A stretch of 64,000 nt of DNA, taken from Deltaproteobacteria bacterium (lineage in GTDB: Bacteria; Myxococcota_A; UBA9160; UBA4427). Positions 48,677 through 58,629 of this stretch are shown here, one piece after another; position 1 is the first letter of the stretch; every line of letters starts with the position of its first letter. The notes beneath the pieces were generated by a model. It did no database searches, was not told the origin of the DNA, and was given only the letters and a program-made list of their open reading frames with translations. The position numbers and the translations under genes are program-made. Location of the stretch: NCBI GenBank assembly GCA_002719955.1, contig PBFW01000053.1:48-64047 (forward strand). The letters are read 5' to 3'.

Positions 48677-49603
48677 ATGAGCGGATCCGAGTCCCCGCCT
48701 TCGGTGGATTCCGCCGCTGTGCTCGTCGCGATGCTGCGGCGCATGCTCCGGCCGCTGGTGCGTTTCCTGGTCTCGCGGCAGGTTCAATATCCCCTCGTCT
48801 CGCGACTGCTCAAATCGCTCTATGTCGAAGTGGCGACTTCGGACTTCCCCCTCGAAGACAAGCGGCTCACGGTGAGTCGCTTGAGCCTCTTGACCGGCAT
48901 CCATCGGCGGGAGGTCAAGCGGATTCAGGAGCAGGCTGCTCCGGGGGAGGCGCCGACCCCTCCGGCGATCACCCTCGGCGCGCAGATCGTGGCGCGTTGG
49001 ACCGGGGAGGCGCCGTGGATCGATGACGAAGGGAGGCCCAGGCCACTTCGTCGGCAGAGCGACGAGGGCGATATCCCTTCTTTTCAGCGACTGGTGAACT
49101 CCGTCAGTGTCGATATCCATCCGCGTTCCGTACTTGACGAGTGGCTTCGGCTCGGGATTGCTTCGATCGACGAGGACGGTGCGGTCGCCCTGAAATCAGA
49201 AGCATTCGTGCCTTCGCGGGGCTTCGAGGAGAAGGCGCATTATGTCGGGCGCAATCTACGTGACCATCTGGCCGCCGCTGCGGGCAACCTCGATTCCGAC
49301 GAATCCCCGTTTCTGGAAAGAAGTGTCCACTACGGCTCCCTTCCGTCAGCGGCAGTCGAGGAATTGTCGGCGCTGGCGCGCGAAGCGGGTCAGGAGGTTC
49401 TCGTTCGGATCAACGATCGCGCGCGGGAATTGAAACGAGGGGCGGCGGAGCGAGGGGAAAGCGAGGGGCTGGATCATCGGCGCATCACCTTCGGTGTCTA
49501 CGAATTCGATGCGCCAACGAACGAGGGGGCTGGGGAAGTCTCTGGATCGAGTGCAGAGAGGGCCCTGAACGAGGTGCCGGAAGGAGGGGGTGATGCAGAT
49601 TAG
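48677..49603 (+). CDS. DUF6502 family protein (HTH-like)
   Basis: LRPLVRFL..LKSLYVEVA..TVSRLSLLTGIHRREV..W..PRPL..SF..LV..D.HPRSVLDEW..NLRDHL..FLERSV; AAGGAAGG RBS. Confidence 0.85.
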   Translation: MSGSESPPSVDSAAVLVAMLRRMLRPLVRFLVSRQVQYPLVSRLLKSLYVEVATSDFPLEDKRLTVSRLSLLTGIHRREVKRIQEQAAPGEAPTPPAITLGAQIVARWTGEAPWIDDEGRPRPLRRQSDEGDIPSFQRLVNSVSVDIHPRSVLDEWLRLGIASIDEDGAVALKSEAFVPSRGFEEKAHYVGRNLRDHLAAAAGNLDSDESPFLERSVHYGSLPSAAVEELSALAREAGQEVLVRINDRARELKRGAAERGESEGLDHRRITFGVYEFDAPTNEGAGEVSGSSAERALNEVPEGGGDAD

Positions 49604-50855
49604 TCGATTCGCCACCGGATCCTCTCGTCGGGCGGTTCCGTCTCGGTGCATCCCCGTGATGCTCTTGATCGTCATGATGCTCTTGCCTGGGGAACGGGTT
49701 CTTGCGGAATGTTCCGAGGAGGGCTGGGCGACCGCGGAGTCGCTCGCGTCACCCCGCACAAACGATCTGGTGGCGGCCGGAGCCGATGGAATCGGGGGAT
49801 CGGGATTCGGCTCGGATCCGGGCGACGACGACGGGATCGGGGGATCGGGATACATACCGGCGGATGAAAGCCCGGACGACGGCATCGGCGGCTCCGGTCT
49901 CTTCGGAACGATCACGGGCTTCGGAAGCGTCTGCGTGAACGGTGGGCGCGTGCGCTACGACGATTCGGTTGCCGTTTCGATCGATGCTGTATCGGCGGCC
50001 GTGGGGGATCTCGCGGTCGGTCAGGTCATTCGCATCAACCTGGAAACGCGCGAGGACGGCGTCTACGCCCGAGAGATCGATGTTCAGCACGAGGTGCTCG
50101 GCCCGATCACCGCGGCGGGAGGCGACGGCATCGATGTAATGGGTCAGCGCGTCTCGCTCGAGTATCTCGCCGATCACGCTCGGAGCGAGATCGAGGTGGG
50201 CGCGCGGGTCGCCGTGAGCGGGCTTCGTCGATCCGACGGAACGGTCGTCGCCTCGAGAATCGTCCCCGCCCCGAGCACCACGCCGGACCTGACGCGCGGC
50301 GTGCCGATGTCGGTCGATGAATCTTCGTTTCGGATCGGTGGTACGCTCATCGCTCCGCTCGCGTTCGACCCCTCACAAGGGTCGGGGTTGTCGGGCCGAT
50401 CGGCTCCCCACCAAGGTGGACGTGAGATCGTGCAGGGATCCTGGAATGTGGAGTTGGGTCGACTGGAGGCGAGTCGACGTGGAGCCTCGCCGGTTGCGTC
50501 GGCCCATGCTCGGCAGGTCGACCTCGAGGGTTATGTCGAACGAAACGAGGCGGGCGTGTTGGCCGTGGGGGGCGTTGCTTTCTCGGTCGGTGAGGGAGCG
50601 GCGACGATCCGCAGCGGCGAGCGGGTCCGCGTGCGCGGTGTTCGCGAAGCGGCGGGCGAGACGCTCCGGTTGAGGCGTGTGATGCGCGTCGCGGAGCGCC
50701 CCATGTTCCGCGCCCTGGATCCGGGTGTACGCCCCCCCCAGGTGCTCCGTCCCGATCTCCGGGGGCAGCGACCGCATCCCCCCCGCCCTCATCGCATCCG
50801 AAGGCCGCCTCCGCGCAACGATCGCCTGCCTCCGAGGCGCCCGCCGCCGTCGTAA
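49590..50855 (+). CDS. DUF5666 domain-containing exported protein
   Basis: Signal peptide; GIGGSG repeats then GTITGFGSVCVNG; L.VGQV, GPIT, VMGQRV, VAVSGLRRSDGTVVASRI; Pro/Arg-rich tail. Confidence 0.85.
   Translation: MMQISRFATGSSRRAVPSRCIPVMLLIVMMLLPGERVLAECSEEGWATAESLASPRTNDLVAAGADGIGGSGFGSDPGDDDGIGGSGYIPADESPDDGIGGSGLFGTITGFGSVCVNGGRVRYDDSVAVSIDAVSAAVGDLAVGQVIRINLETREDGVYAREIDVQHEVLGPITAAGGDGIDVMGQRVSLEYLADHARSEIEVGARVAVSGLRRSDGTVVASRIVPAPSTTPDLTRGVPMSVDESSFRIGGTLIAPLAFDPSQGSGLSGRSAPHQGGREIVQGSWNVELGRLEASRRGASPVASAHARQVDLEGYVERNEAGVLAVGGVAFSVGEGAATIRSGERVRVRGVREAAGETLRLRRVMRVAERPMFRALDPGVRPPQVLRPDLRGQRPHPPRPHRIRRPPPRNDRLPPRRPPPS
49785..49898 (+). repeat. Three DGIGGSG-coding repeats
   Basis: Units at 49785-49805, 49830-49850 and 49878-49898. 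Confidence 0.85.
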
Positions 50856-51009
50856 TCCCGGCGCGGAGCGCAACAGCGCTTCTTCACGCATCGGGGCGCT
50901 CAAGGGCCCGCTGACCCCCGGTCTTCGCCGGTCCTTTCGCATTCGGGGTACTGTCCCGCCACGCTCGCGCGCTGCCTGCGCGCGGCCTCAATTGCCAGGA
51001 GGTCTCATC

Positions 51010-51861
51010 ATGAAATTCGGGCTCATATTCGCCAACGCCGGCCCCTTTGGTCGGGCGGAGGGATTGACCCATCTCGCGCAGACTGCGGAATCCGTCGGTC
51101 TCGAATCGCTCTGGACTGTCGAACACGTCGTCGTGCCGACGGGTTATGCCTCGCAATATCCTTATAGCCAGGACGGCAGGATGCCGGGTTCGGAAGAGAG
51201 CCCGATTCCGGACCCCTACGTCTGGCTGGCTTATGCTGCGGCGGTCACGAAGACGATCAAGCTCGCGACTGGCATCATCATCCTCCCCCAACGACACCCC
51301 TTCTATGTCGCCAAGGAGGCGGCGACCCTCGATCAGCTCTCCGGGGGCCGCCATATCCTGGGCGTCGGGATCGGTTGGCTCGAAGAAGAATTCAAGGCGA
51401 TGAAGGTGCCCTTCGACAAGCGCGCCTCGATCACGGACGAGTCGATCCGGGCGCTGCACGACCTTTGGAGCGAGGGTCCTTCCTCGCATAAGGGTGATTA
51501 TTACGAGTGGACGGCGGTCGAGTCGAATCCCAAACCCGTCGGGGGCAGGATTCCGATCGTGATCGGCGGACACACGAAAGGGGCTGCGCGCCGGGCGGCG
51601 CGTCTGGGGGACGGGTTCTTCCCGGGACAGGCCGACAAGCTCGAGGAATGTATCGCCGAGATCAAGGCGGAATGTGCTCGCATCGGGCGGGATTCGAGCG
51701 AGGTCGAGATCAGCGGTGGCAGCCGGCCCACACCGGATGAAGTGAAGCGTCTCGAGGACCTGGGTGTCAGCCGATTCGTGATCGGTCCCCCCGGTTTCAC
51801 GAAGGATGACGTCGAATCGGGTCTCGAGAAGCTGGGCGACGAGCTCTTCTCGAAATTCTAG
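51010..51861 (+). CDS. LLM class F420-dependent oxidoreductase (TIGR03619-like)
   Basis: SLWTVEHVVVP, YPYS..G.MPG, ILPQRHP..VAKE, GIGWLEEEF; AGGAGG RBS. Confidence 0.9.
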   Translation: MKFGLIFANAGPFGRAEGLTHLAQTAESVGLESLWTVEHVVVPTGYASQYPYSQDGRMPGSEESPIPDPYVWLAYAAAVTKTIKLATGIIILPQRHPFYVAKEAATLDQLSGGRHILGVGIGWLEEEFKAMKVPFDKRASITDESIRALHDLWSEGPSSHKGDYYEWTAVESNPKPVGGRIPIVIGGHTKGAARRAARLGDGFFPGQADKLEECIAEIKAECARIGRDSSEVEISGGSRPTPDEVKRLEDLGVSRFVIGPPGFTKDDVESGLEKLGDELFSKF

Positions 51862-51962
51862 ATCCGAATCCACGGTGCCACCCAGAAGACGATGAGGGCA
51901 CCCGCCTGCGTCTTCGAGCGCAGGCGGGCCGATCCGAGCGGATTGCGCGACAGTCCGGGCCC

Positions 51963-53918
51963 ATGCCCGTTCTCGACGCTCACGAACTTCGCAGATTCGT
52001 CGCCGGCCGAACGCTCTTCGAAGACGTCCAGTTGACGATTCGGCGGAGCGAGCGGGTCGGTCTGGTCGGCAAGAATGGATCCGGGAAGAGCACGCTGGCA
52101 CGCGTGCTCGCGGGGCTCGAGGAGTCCGATGGTGGTCGGGTCTCGTATCGACGGGAAGCGACGATCGCGTATCTCCCCCAGGAACCGGATTTCGAGCCCG
52201 GGCGGAGCGTGCGCGAGGTCGTGCTCGAGAGTCTGACCGAATGGAGCGCGACTCGTCGCCGCTACGACGAACTCACGGAGGCGCTTTCCACCGCGGATGA
52301 TCCGAGCCAACAGTCTCGGCTCGCGGCGGAGCAGGCAGAGATCGGGGAGGCCCTCGAGCGTCATGGGGGTTGGGAGCGCGAACACGAAGCCGAAGCCACG
52401 GTCGGACATCTCGGCATCGTCGATTCGAGCCGTCTGGTCGACACGCTGAGCGGTGGTGAGGCGCGTCGGGTGGCGCTGGCTCGCCTCCTGGTCGCCGAGC
52501 CGTCGCTCGCGATTCTCGATGAGCCGACGAACCATCTCGACATCGCGACGATCGAGTGGTTAGAAGAATACCTGCGCGATCGCTTCAAGGGCGCGATCCT
52601 TTTGATCAGCCACGATCGCAGGGTGCTCGACGCCGTGACGACCCGCACCCTCGAGATCCACGACGGCCGTATCGACAGCTATGACGGCGGTTATGCACGC
52701 TATCTGCTCGGCAAGGCGGAGCGCGAAGCGCACGCCGACCGCACCTGGCGGAATACCCAGAATTTTCTGCGCCGCGAAGTCGAATGGTTGCGGCGTGCAC
52801 CGAAGGCGCGTGGGACGAAGCAGAAAGCGAGGATCTCGCGCGCAGAAGCGGCCCTCGAAGAAAGGGCGCCCGAGGTCGACCGCCAAGCGGATCTGCGGAT
52901 GCGATCCGAGCGGCTCGGCAAGACCATCCTCGACATCAAGGATCTGTCGATCGAGCGCGATGGCAAACGTCTGATCGAAGGCCTGGAGCTCGCACTTCGC
53001 GCCGGGGATCGAATCGGAATCGTGGGTCCGAACGGGTCGGGCAAGACGAGCCTTCTGCTCGCGATCCTCGAAGAACTCGAGCCGATGGGGGGCCAGATCA
53101 TCAGGGGCGTGAATACCCAGATCGGTTATTTGGATCAGGCCCGCTCGGAACTCGAGCCGAGCGCAAGCCTTCGTGAGGCGGCCGTCGGCGACGCAACTGA
53201 AATTGCGATCGGTGATGAGAGGCTCTCGGTCGGGAGCTATCTCGAGCGTTTTCTCTTCGACCGCCGGCAGCAGCGACTACGGGTCGGTGAGTTGTCCGGG
53301 GGGGAGCGGGCGCGGGTCTGTCTCGCGCGGCTGCTCGCAAAGCGATGCAATCTGATCTTACTGGACGAGCCGACGAATGACCTCGACGTGGCCACACTCG
53401 GTGCGCTGGAGGCGATGCTGCTCGATTTTGGTGGGAGCATCATCCTCGTGAGCCACGATCGTTGGCTCCTCGATCGTGTGGCGACCGGGATTCTGGCCTT
53501 CGAGGGAGAGGGGCGGGTCGAATACTTCGTTGGGGATTATTCGGATTTTCGGGAGCGAGCTGACCGGAAAGGATCCGGAGCCCCTGCGAGCGCGGCGAAG
53601 AAGTCGAATCCGGCGAGCGTTGCGTCGGTCACCTCGTTGGCCCCGGGGTCGGCCGAGTCCCGCGCTCGGCCGAAAAAGCTCAGCCACAAGGAACGTCGAG
53701 AACTCGACGGTCTGCTCGAATCGGTCGAGGCGGCGGAGGGAATCACAGCGGCCCTCCAGGCCCGCCTCGCGGATCCGCAGACCTATCGACTGCCTCACGA
53801 AGAAATCGCTGAACTCCAGAGTGAACTCGCGATCGCCGAGGCCGAGGCGCTTCGATTGACCGAACGCTGGGAAGATCTCGAGGCTCGAAACGCGGCGTTC
53901 GAAGCGAGCCAGCGTTGA
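51963..53918 (+). CDS. uup: ABC-F family ATPase (Uup-like)
   Basis: Two NBDs (GKNGSGKS/LSGGE/DEPTNHLD; GPNGSGKT/LSGGE/DEPTNDLD) and a C-terminal KLSHKE coiled coil. Confidence 0.88.
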   Translation: MPVLDAHELRRFVAGRTLFEDVQLTIRRSERVGLVGKNGSGKSTLARVLAGLEESDGGRVSYRREATIAYLPQEPDFEPGRSVREVVLESLTEWSATRRRYDELTEALSTADDPSQQSRLAAEQAEIGEALERHGGWEREHEAEATVGHLGIVDSSRLVDTLSGGEARRVALARLLVAEPSLAILDEPTNHLDIATIEWLEEYLRDRFKGAILLISHDRRVLDAVTTRTLEIHDGRIDSYDGGYARYLLGKAEREAHADRTWRNTQNFLRREVEWLRRAPKARGTKQKARISRAEAALEERAPEVDRQADLRMRSERLGKTILDIKDLSIERDGKRLIEGLELALRAGDRIGIVGPNGSGKTSLLLAILEELEPMGGQIIRGVNTQIGYLDQARSELEPSASLREAAVGDATEIAIGDERLSVGSYLERFLFDRRQQRLRVGELSGGERARVCLARLLAKRCNLILLDEPTNDLDVATLGALEAMLLDFGGSIILVSHDRWLLDRVATGILAFEGEGRVEYFVGDYSDFRERADRKGSGAPASAAKKSNPASVASVTSLAPGSAESRARPKKLSHKERRELDGLLESVEAAEGITAALQARLADPQTYRLPHEEIAELQSELAIAEAEALRLTERWEDLEARNAAFEASQR

Positions 53919-53969
53919 GCGAGCACCCCGCGATCCGAACGACGCTCGTGCGGCCAACCGATAAGAAGG

Positions 53970-54956
53970 CTAACCGGCGAAATAGATGATCGCTCCCAGC
54001 ACGATCAACAGGAATACGAAGACTCCGATCCCCCGCCGCGCCGAGCTGCGGGCGCGATCCGCGAGCCACCAATTGCGGGGGCGCATCCCACGCCAGACGA
54101 AGGTCAGGATGGCGGCGAGGGTCACGGCGGTCACGTTGCCCCCGGCCAGAAGCAGGGCCGAGAGGGCGCTGCGCCATTCCCCTGCCGAGAAAAGCATGCC
54201 GCTAGCGACCGTCGGGGGGAGCAGGGCGACCGCGACCATGACGCCGGTCAGATAGGTGGGGGCGCCCGTCGTGAAGGCGAGTGCTCCGGCACAACCCGCC
54301 GCCAACGCGAGTACGAGATCCCAGACATCGACCTGTGCGCGTGAGGCGAGCTCTGGGATCGACGGGTCCACACCCAAGACGAGGCCGAGGACCATCGCAA
54401 TCATGAGCGTGAGCGCGAACCCGGCCCCAGTTGTGATCAGCGAACGTCGGACGAGAGGTGGGTCCCCCAGCACGAGGCCGAGCGCGATCGCCATATTGGG
54501 TCCGAGCAGAGGCGCTACGACCATCGCCCCGATGACGGCGGCCGTGTTGTCGTGGGAGAGTCCGATCGCCGCGACGATGGCCGCGAGGACGACGAGCGAG
54601 AGGTAGTGGCGATGCAGCTTGGCACCATCGGCGATGCTGGCGTAGACCTCTTCGCGGCTGACGGCTGCGGCGCTTCGGAGGTGTTCCGCGCGATTCGGTG
54701 AGCTGGCGGCGGGCGGTCGCGGCAGGACGGCATCGAGGCTCTCGACGAGAACCATCAGACCGCCGCGGTCGGCGATGCGCTCATGAAGCGTGTCGAGTGC
54801 GATCCCCGAGCGCTCGGCACCCAGGATGGCGTGGACGACCTTGCCGAAGCGTCCGCCATCCTCGCTCCAGGTCTGCTGACTGAGCTCGGCGAGCGTTTCG
54901 CGCGCGTCCGCTGCCAGCTCCGGCGGTACATGGGCTTCGATGATCTTGAGCGCCAT
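53970..54956 (-). CDS. TIGR00341/DUF389 family membrane protein
   Basis: SREEVY, AVIGAMVVAPLLGP, LALAAGCAGA, GVMVAVALLPP. Confidence 0.9.
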   Translation of the reverse strand: MALKIIEAHVPPELAADARETLAELSQQTWSEDGGRFGKVVHAILGAERSGIALDTLHERIADRGGLMVLVESLDAVLPRPPAASSPNRAEHLRSAAAVSREEVYASIADGAKLHRHYLSLVVLAAIVAAIGLSHDNTAAVIGAMVVAPLLGPNMAIALGLVLGDPPLVRRSLITTGAGFALTLMIAMVLGLVLGVDPSIPELASRAQVDVWDLVLALAAGCAGALAFTTGAPTYLTGVMVAVALLPPTVASGMLFSAGEWRSALSALLLAGGNVTAVTLAAILTFVWRGMRPRNWWLADRARSSARRGIGVFVFLLIVLGAIIYFAG

Positions 54957-55038
54957 CGGTGTTCTCCCCGTCTCTGAGATTCTCTTCCCGAGGCCCTCGT
55001 TCCCGGACCTCATGGTGAGGGTAACGGAGACATGGTGA

Positions 55039-55329
55039 GTTCCCCGGCTGGCCGTTGCGCAGATCGCGCGCAAAGAGGGCGTCGAAGTCGAGGCGATTCA
55101 CGCGGGCGAGGGGCCCGCTTTCTCCGATCCGACGGACGCGGCGGTCTACCGGTTTTCTGTCGAGCTACTCGAGCGCGACCAGGTGTCGGACGAGACCTTT
55201 TCCGAGCTGGCTGAGCGGCTTCCGGAAAGGGAGCTGGTCTTCGTGCTCGGCTATTTCACGCTCGTTTCGATGACACTCAATGTTTTCCAGGTGGCACTCC
55301 CTGAGGGTGAATCTCTGCCCCTCGACTGA
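55039..55329 (+). pseudogene. 5'-truncated carboxymuconolactone decarboxylase/AhpD-like gene remnant
   Basis: Start-less frame IARKEG..EAIHAGEGPAFSD..AVYRFSVELL..VSDETF..ELVFVLGYFTLVSMTLNVFQVALP. Confidence 0.75.
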
Positions 55330-55592
55330 GATCCGTTGGACCTCGATGTGATCACCCATCGATCGATGTGCTAGATTGCCCTCCCAAGAAAACAGACCGA
55401 AGAGGGAACACGCTCCTGACCGAGCCTCTTCGAGTCCGAACTCGATCCCAGATCGACATATCCGAGTGTTTCCAGGCCCAGAGTCTGTTCCGTTCCTTTC
55501 CCTTCCTTGCCCCCGAGAGGGTTCAGCAATCGGGGCGCGGCGAACGATCGACAGAAAGGGGTCCTCGAGAGACTCCACTGAGCAGTGAGAAC

Positions 55593-57455
55593 ATGACGAC
55601 GAATGAGAATTTCGCGGGCCTTCCCGCGCCGATCCGTGCTGCCCTCGAAAAGAAGGGCTTCGAGAGCCTCACCCCCGTCCAGCAGGCCGTCATCGAGGCC
55701 TCCTCCGAGGGTCGAGATCTGCGTATTTCATCTCAGACCGGTTCGGGCAAAACCGTCGCATTCGGGATTGCCCTCGCCGAGCATTTCATTCGCCAGAACG
55801 AATCCGTCAGCGCCACCCGTCCCAATGATCGGGTCGCACATCCGGCGGCCCTGGTGATCGTTCCGACGCGAGAACTCGCCGCGCAGGTCCGCGAGGAATT
55901 GCATTGGCTCTATGCCAGTCTTCATGAGTTGCGGGTTGAGGTCGTGACCGGCGGAACGTCGATCGGGCTGGAGCGCCGCGCCCTTTCGCGCGGACCGGCG
56001 ATCGTCGTCGGTACGCCGGGTCGCTTGCTCGACCATATGCGCAACAACGCCATTCGATGCGACCGGATCGAACACGTTGTGCTCGACGAAGCGGATCAGA
56101 TGCTCGATATGGGCTTCCGCGAAGAACTCGAAGCGATTCTCGAGCAGCTGCCCGAAGAGCGCATGAGCCATCTGGTCTCGGCGACCTTTCCGCGCGCCGT
56201 GCTGGCGCTCGCGAATCAATATCAATCGGATCCGTTGGTGCTCGAGGGAACACAGCTCGGGGTTGCCAACGCTGATATCCAACACATCGGCTATGCGATC
56301 CGGCGTCACGAGACCTACCCGGCGCTCGTGAATATCCTGCTTCTCGCGGGCGACTCACGTTGTCTGCTCTTCGTGAATCGTCGCGTCGACGCGACGGAAT
56401 TGGCGGAGAAGCTGGCCAGCGATGGCTTCGGAGCTGCGCCCTTCAGCGGCGAACTCGCTCAGGCTCAGCGCACGCGAACGCTCGGCGCCTTCCGTAACGG
56501 GACGCTCCCGATCCTGGTCTCGACGGAGGTCGCCGCGCGCGGAATCGATGTTCCCGGAATTTCGATCGTGATCCACGTCGATCCGCCCCGCACGCCCGAT
56601 GCCTATACGCATCGAAGTGGTCGAACCGGTCGCGCGGGGCAGACGGGACGCAGCATGCTCTTCGCGACACCCTCCGAAATGGGCCGCGTCAAGCGGATGT
56701 TGAAATACGCGAGGATCGAGATTTCCTGGCAGCCCATTCCGACTCCCGAGAAGGTCGAAAAGGCTCTTCGCAAACAGGCGCGGCGCCTGCTCCACGAGCG
56801 GCTCGCCGAACACACGCCCACCGAGATGCAGATGATGTACGCGAAGCAGCTTCTCGAGGATCGTGATCCGATTCACGTGACCGCGACGCTGCTCGATCTC
56901 GCCGCGCCCGAAGTGAACTGTGCGCCGATGAGGGTGGTCGGTTTCGATCCCGATCGCGAGCGAGAGCAGGGGCGCAAGAACGCGCGCCCGGATCGCAATG
57001 AGCGTCGCGAGCGACCCCAGCGCCCGGGCCGCGGCGGGGGCGGGCGGGATCGGGATCAGGCAGCCGACTTCACCCGCTTCTTCGTGAGCTGGGGCGAGGA
57101 GAGCGGTGCGACGACTGGACGACTTCTGGGACAGGTATGTCGCCGGGGAGGAATCGAGAGTCATCAGGTCGGCATGATCGAGGTGTCGGCGCGAGTCTCC
57201 TTCGTGGGTGTTGCGAATGACGTCGCCGACAGATTCGAAGCGCGCGCCCGCCGACCCGACGCGCGCGACCCGGGAATCGTCATCAAGCGTGCCGAGGAAA
57301 AGGAGTTGCGTTCGGGCCCGGATCGCCCTTCGCGCAATGGACCCTCGACCGGCCCCGCGAGCCCTGGACATCGTCCCCGCCCCAACAAGCCGAAGGGCTT
57401 CAAGCGCACAGGTGCCTTCAAGTCCAAGAAGCCTGGGCATCGTCCGGGACGCTAG
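55593..57455 (+). CDS. DEAD-box RNA helicase with a DbpA-type RNA-binding domain (DeaD/CsdA-like)
   Basis: LTPVQ, QTGSGKT, PTRELA, TPGRL, DEAD, SAT, HRSGRTGRAG. Confidence 0.93.
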   Translation: MTTNENFAGLPAPIRAALEKKGFESLTPVQQAVIEASSEGRDLRISSQTGSGKTVAFGIALAEHFIRQNESVSATRPNDRVAHPAALVIVPTRELAAQVREELHWLYASLHELRVEVVTGGTSIGLERRALSRGPAIVVGTPGRLLDHMRNNAIRCDRIEHVVLDEADQMLDMGFREELEAILEQLPEERMSHLVSATFPRAVLALANQYQSDPLVLEGTQLGVANADIQHIGYAIRRHETYPALVNILLLAGDSRCLLFVNRRVDATELAEKLASDGFGAAPFSGELAQAQRTRTLGAFRNGTLPILVSTEVAARGIDVPGISIVIHVDPPRTPDAYTHRSGRTGRAGQTGRSMLFATPSEMGRVKRMLKYARIEISWQPIPTPEKVEKALRKQARRLLHERLAEHTPTEMQMMYAKQLLEDRDPIHVTATLLDLAAPEVNCAPMRVVGFDPDREREQGRKNARPDRNERRERPQRPGRGGGGRDRDQAADFTRFFVSWGEESGATTGRLLGQVCRRGGIESHQVGMIEVSARVSFVGVANDVADRFEARARRPDARDPGIVIKRAEEKELRSGPDRPSRNGPSTGPASPGHRPRPNKPKGFKRTGAFKSKKPGHRPGR

Positions 57456-57472
57456 AAGTCATGGGATGACTT

Positions 57473-58438
57473 CTAGATCCGAAGAATCCAGCCGCGCCGG
57501 TTCATCCACCACGTCGGCGTGAAGACCATCGCCAATATGGCGCCGATGACCGCGAACGTTGCGATCTGTGGTGAGGAGAGGGCCGCCAGTCTGGCGTAAC
57601 CGTCGCGCAGCGCCAGCGTCGCGACGATGACGGCGAAGACGTGGATGAGGTAGGCGGTGATCGAATTCCTGCCCATGATCTCGAGCGCACGAATGATTGC
57701 CCCGTGTCGATCCTTGCACTCGATCCAAACGTAGAAGAGGGCCGTCGCTATCAGCCCGATTCCAGAAGCGAATAGCACGAAGCTTCCCGTCCAGATCGCT
57801 TTGATCATCGGGTGGACGCTGCCCCAGGCCACCCCGCACAGGATTGCGGCGGTACCGGCACCGAGCAGCCCGAGGATCAAGCGTTTGGGGCCTTCGCCAT
57901 GTCGTTGGATCCACTCGCCGGCGAGGGTCCCCAAAATGGCAATCACCGCGGTGGCCGGGAGCGAGAGCAGGGCTCCAGCGCTCCAAGTTGGAATACCGGC
58001 GGCGTCGGGGAAGAGACGGCCCTCACCGAGGATCAACAGGTCGCTCCAGGCCGCGATGTTGAGATTCCGCTCCAGCAGGTTTCCGGGACCCACGCCGGGA
58101 AAGGCGAGCCATGAAATAGAATTGATGCACAGGCCGAGCACGATCAGCAAGAGGCTTCACTTGAGGATGGGATGCCAGGCAATGGGCTCTTCGCGGCGCT
58201 CTCCCCTCGAGAGTGCGATCGCGATTCTCACGAAGAAGAGAAAGAGGGGGAAGACGATGTCGGCGAAATGCACGCCGACCCAGCGCGCGTGGAGAAGCGT
58301 CGGGTAGGGATCTCCGCCGGGGAAGGCCCGCTCGACGGCCCTGGCCGTGTTGGCGGCGACCATTCCGACGATGGCGAATCCACGCGCGGCGTCCAGGGAG
58401 CGGAGTCTTTTCGTCGGTGCGTCCTGGGTGGTCTGCAT
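57473..58438 (-). pseudogene. DUF5009/HGSNAT (NagX-like) membrane acyltransferase, interrupted by an in-frame TGA
   Basis: RLRSLDAARG..LLHARWVG..ADIVFPLFLF; TGA at 58157-58159 is in frame with the downstream IKAIWTGSFVL..GRNSITAY. Confidence 0.8.
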
Positions 58439-58629
58439 CGGAGCTTCCCGGTCGTGACCTGATCGGGCAGAGGATAGCCACTCGAACCCGCCCACCATCG
58501 GTCGAGGGTCGGCTGTGATCGAAAAACGCTCGCCCTCGTGGTCGAATGCCGTGTCCGCCGGCAGGCGGCGGGGGTGGCGGATTCCCTCTAGGCTCTCGAT
58601 TCGAATTCGACTCGGAGAAGGAGAGCAGA

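Noticed and set aside
58157-58159. In-frame TGA read as selenocysteine or a recoded stop (also TGA at 40568-40570)
   Set aside because: The position corresponds to Arg in a membrane protein, other lesions accompany it, and many intact genes in the window end in TGA
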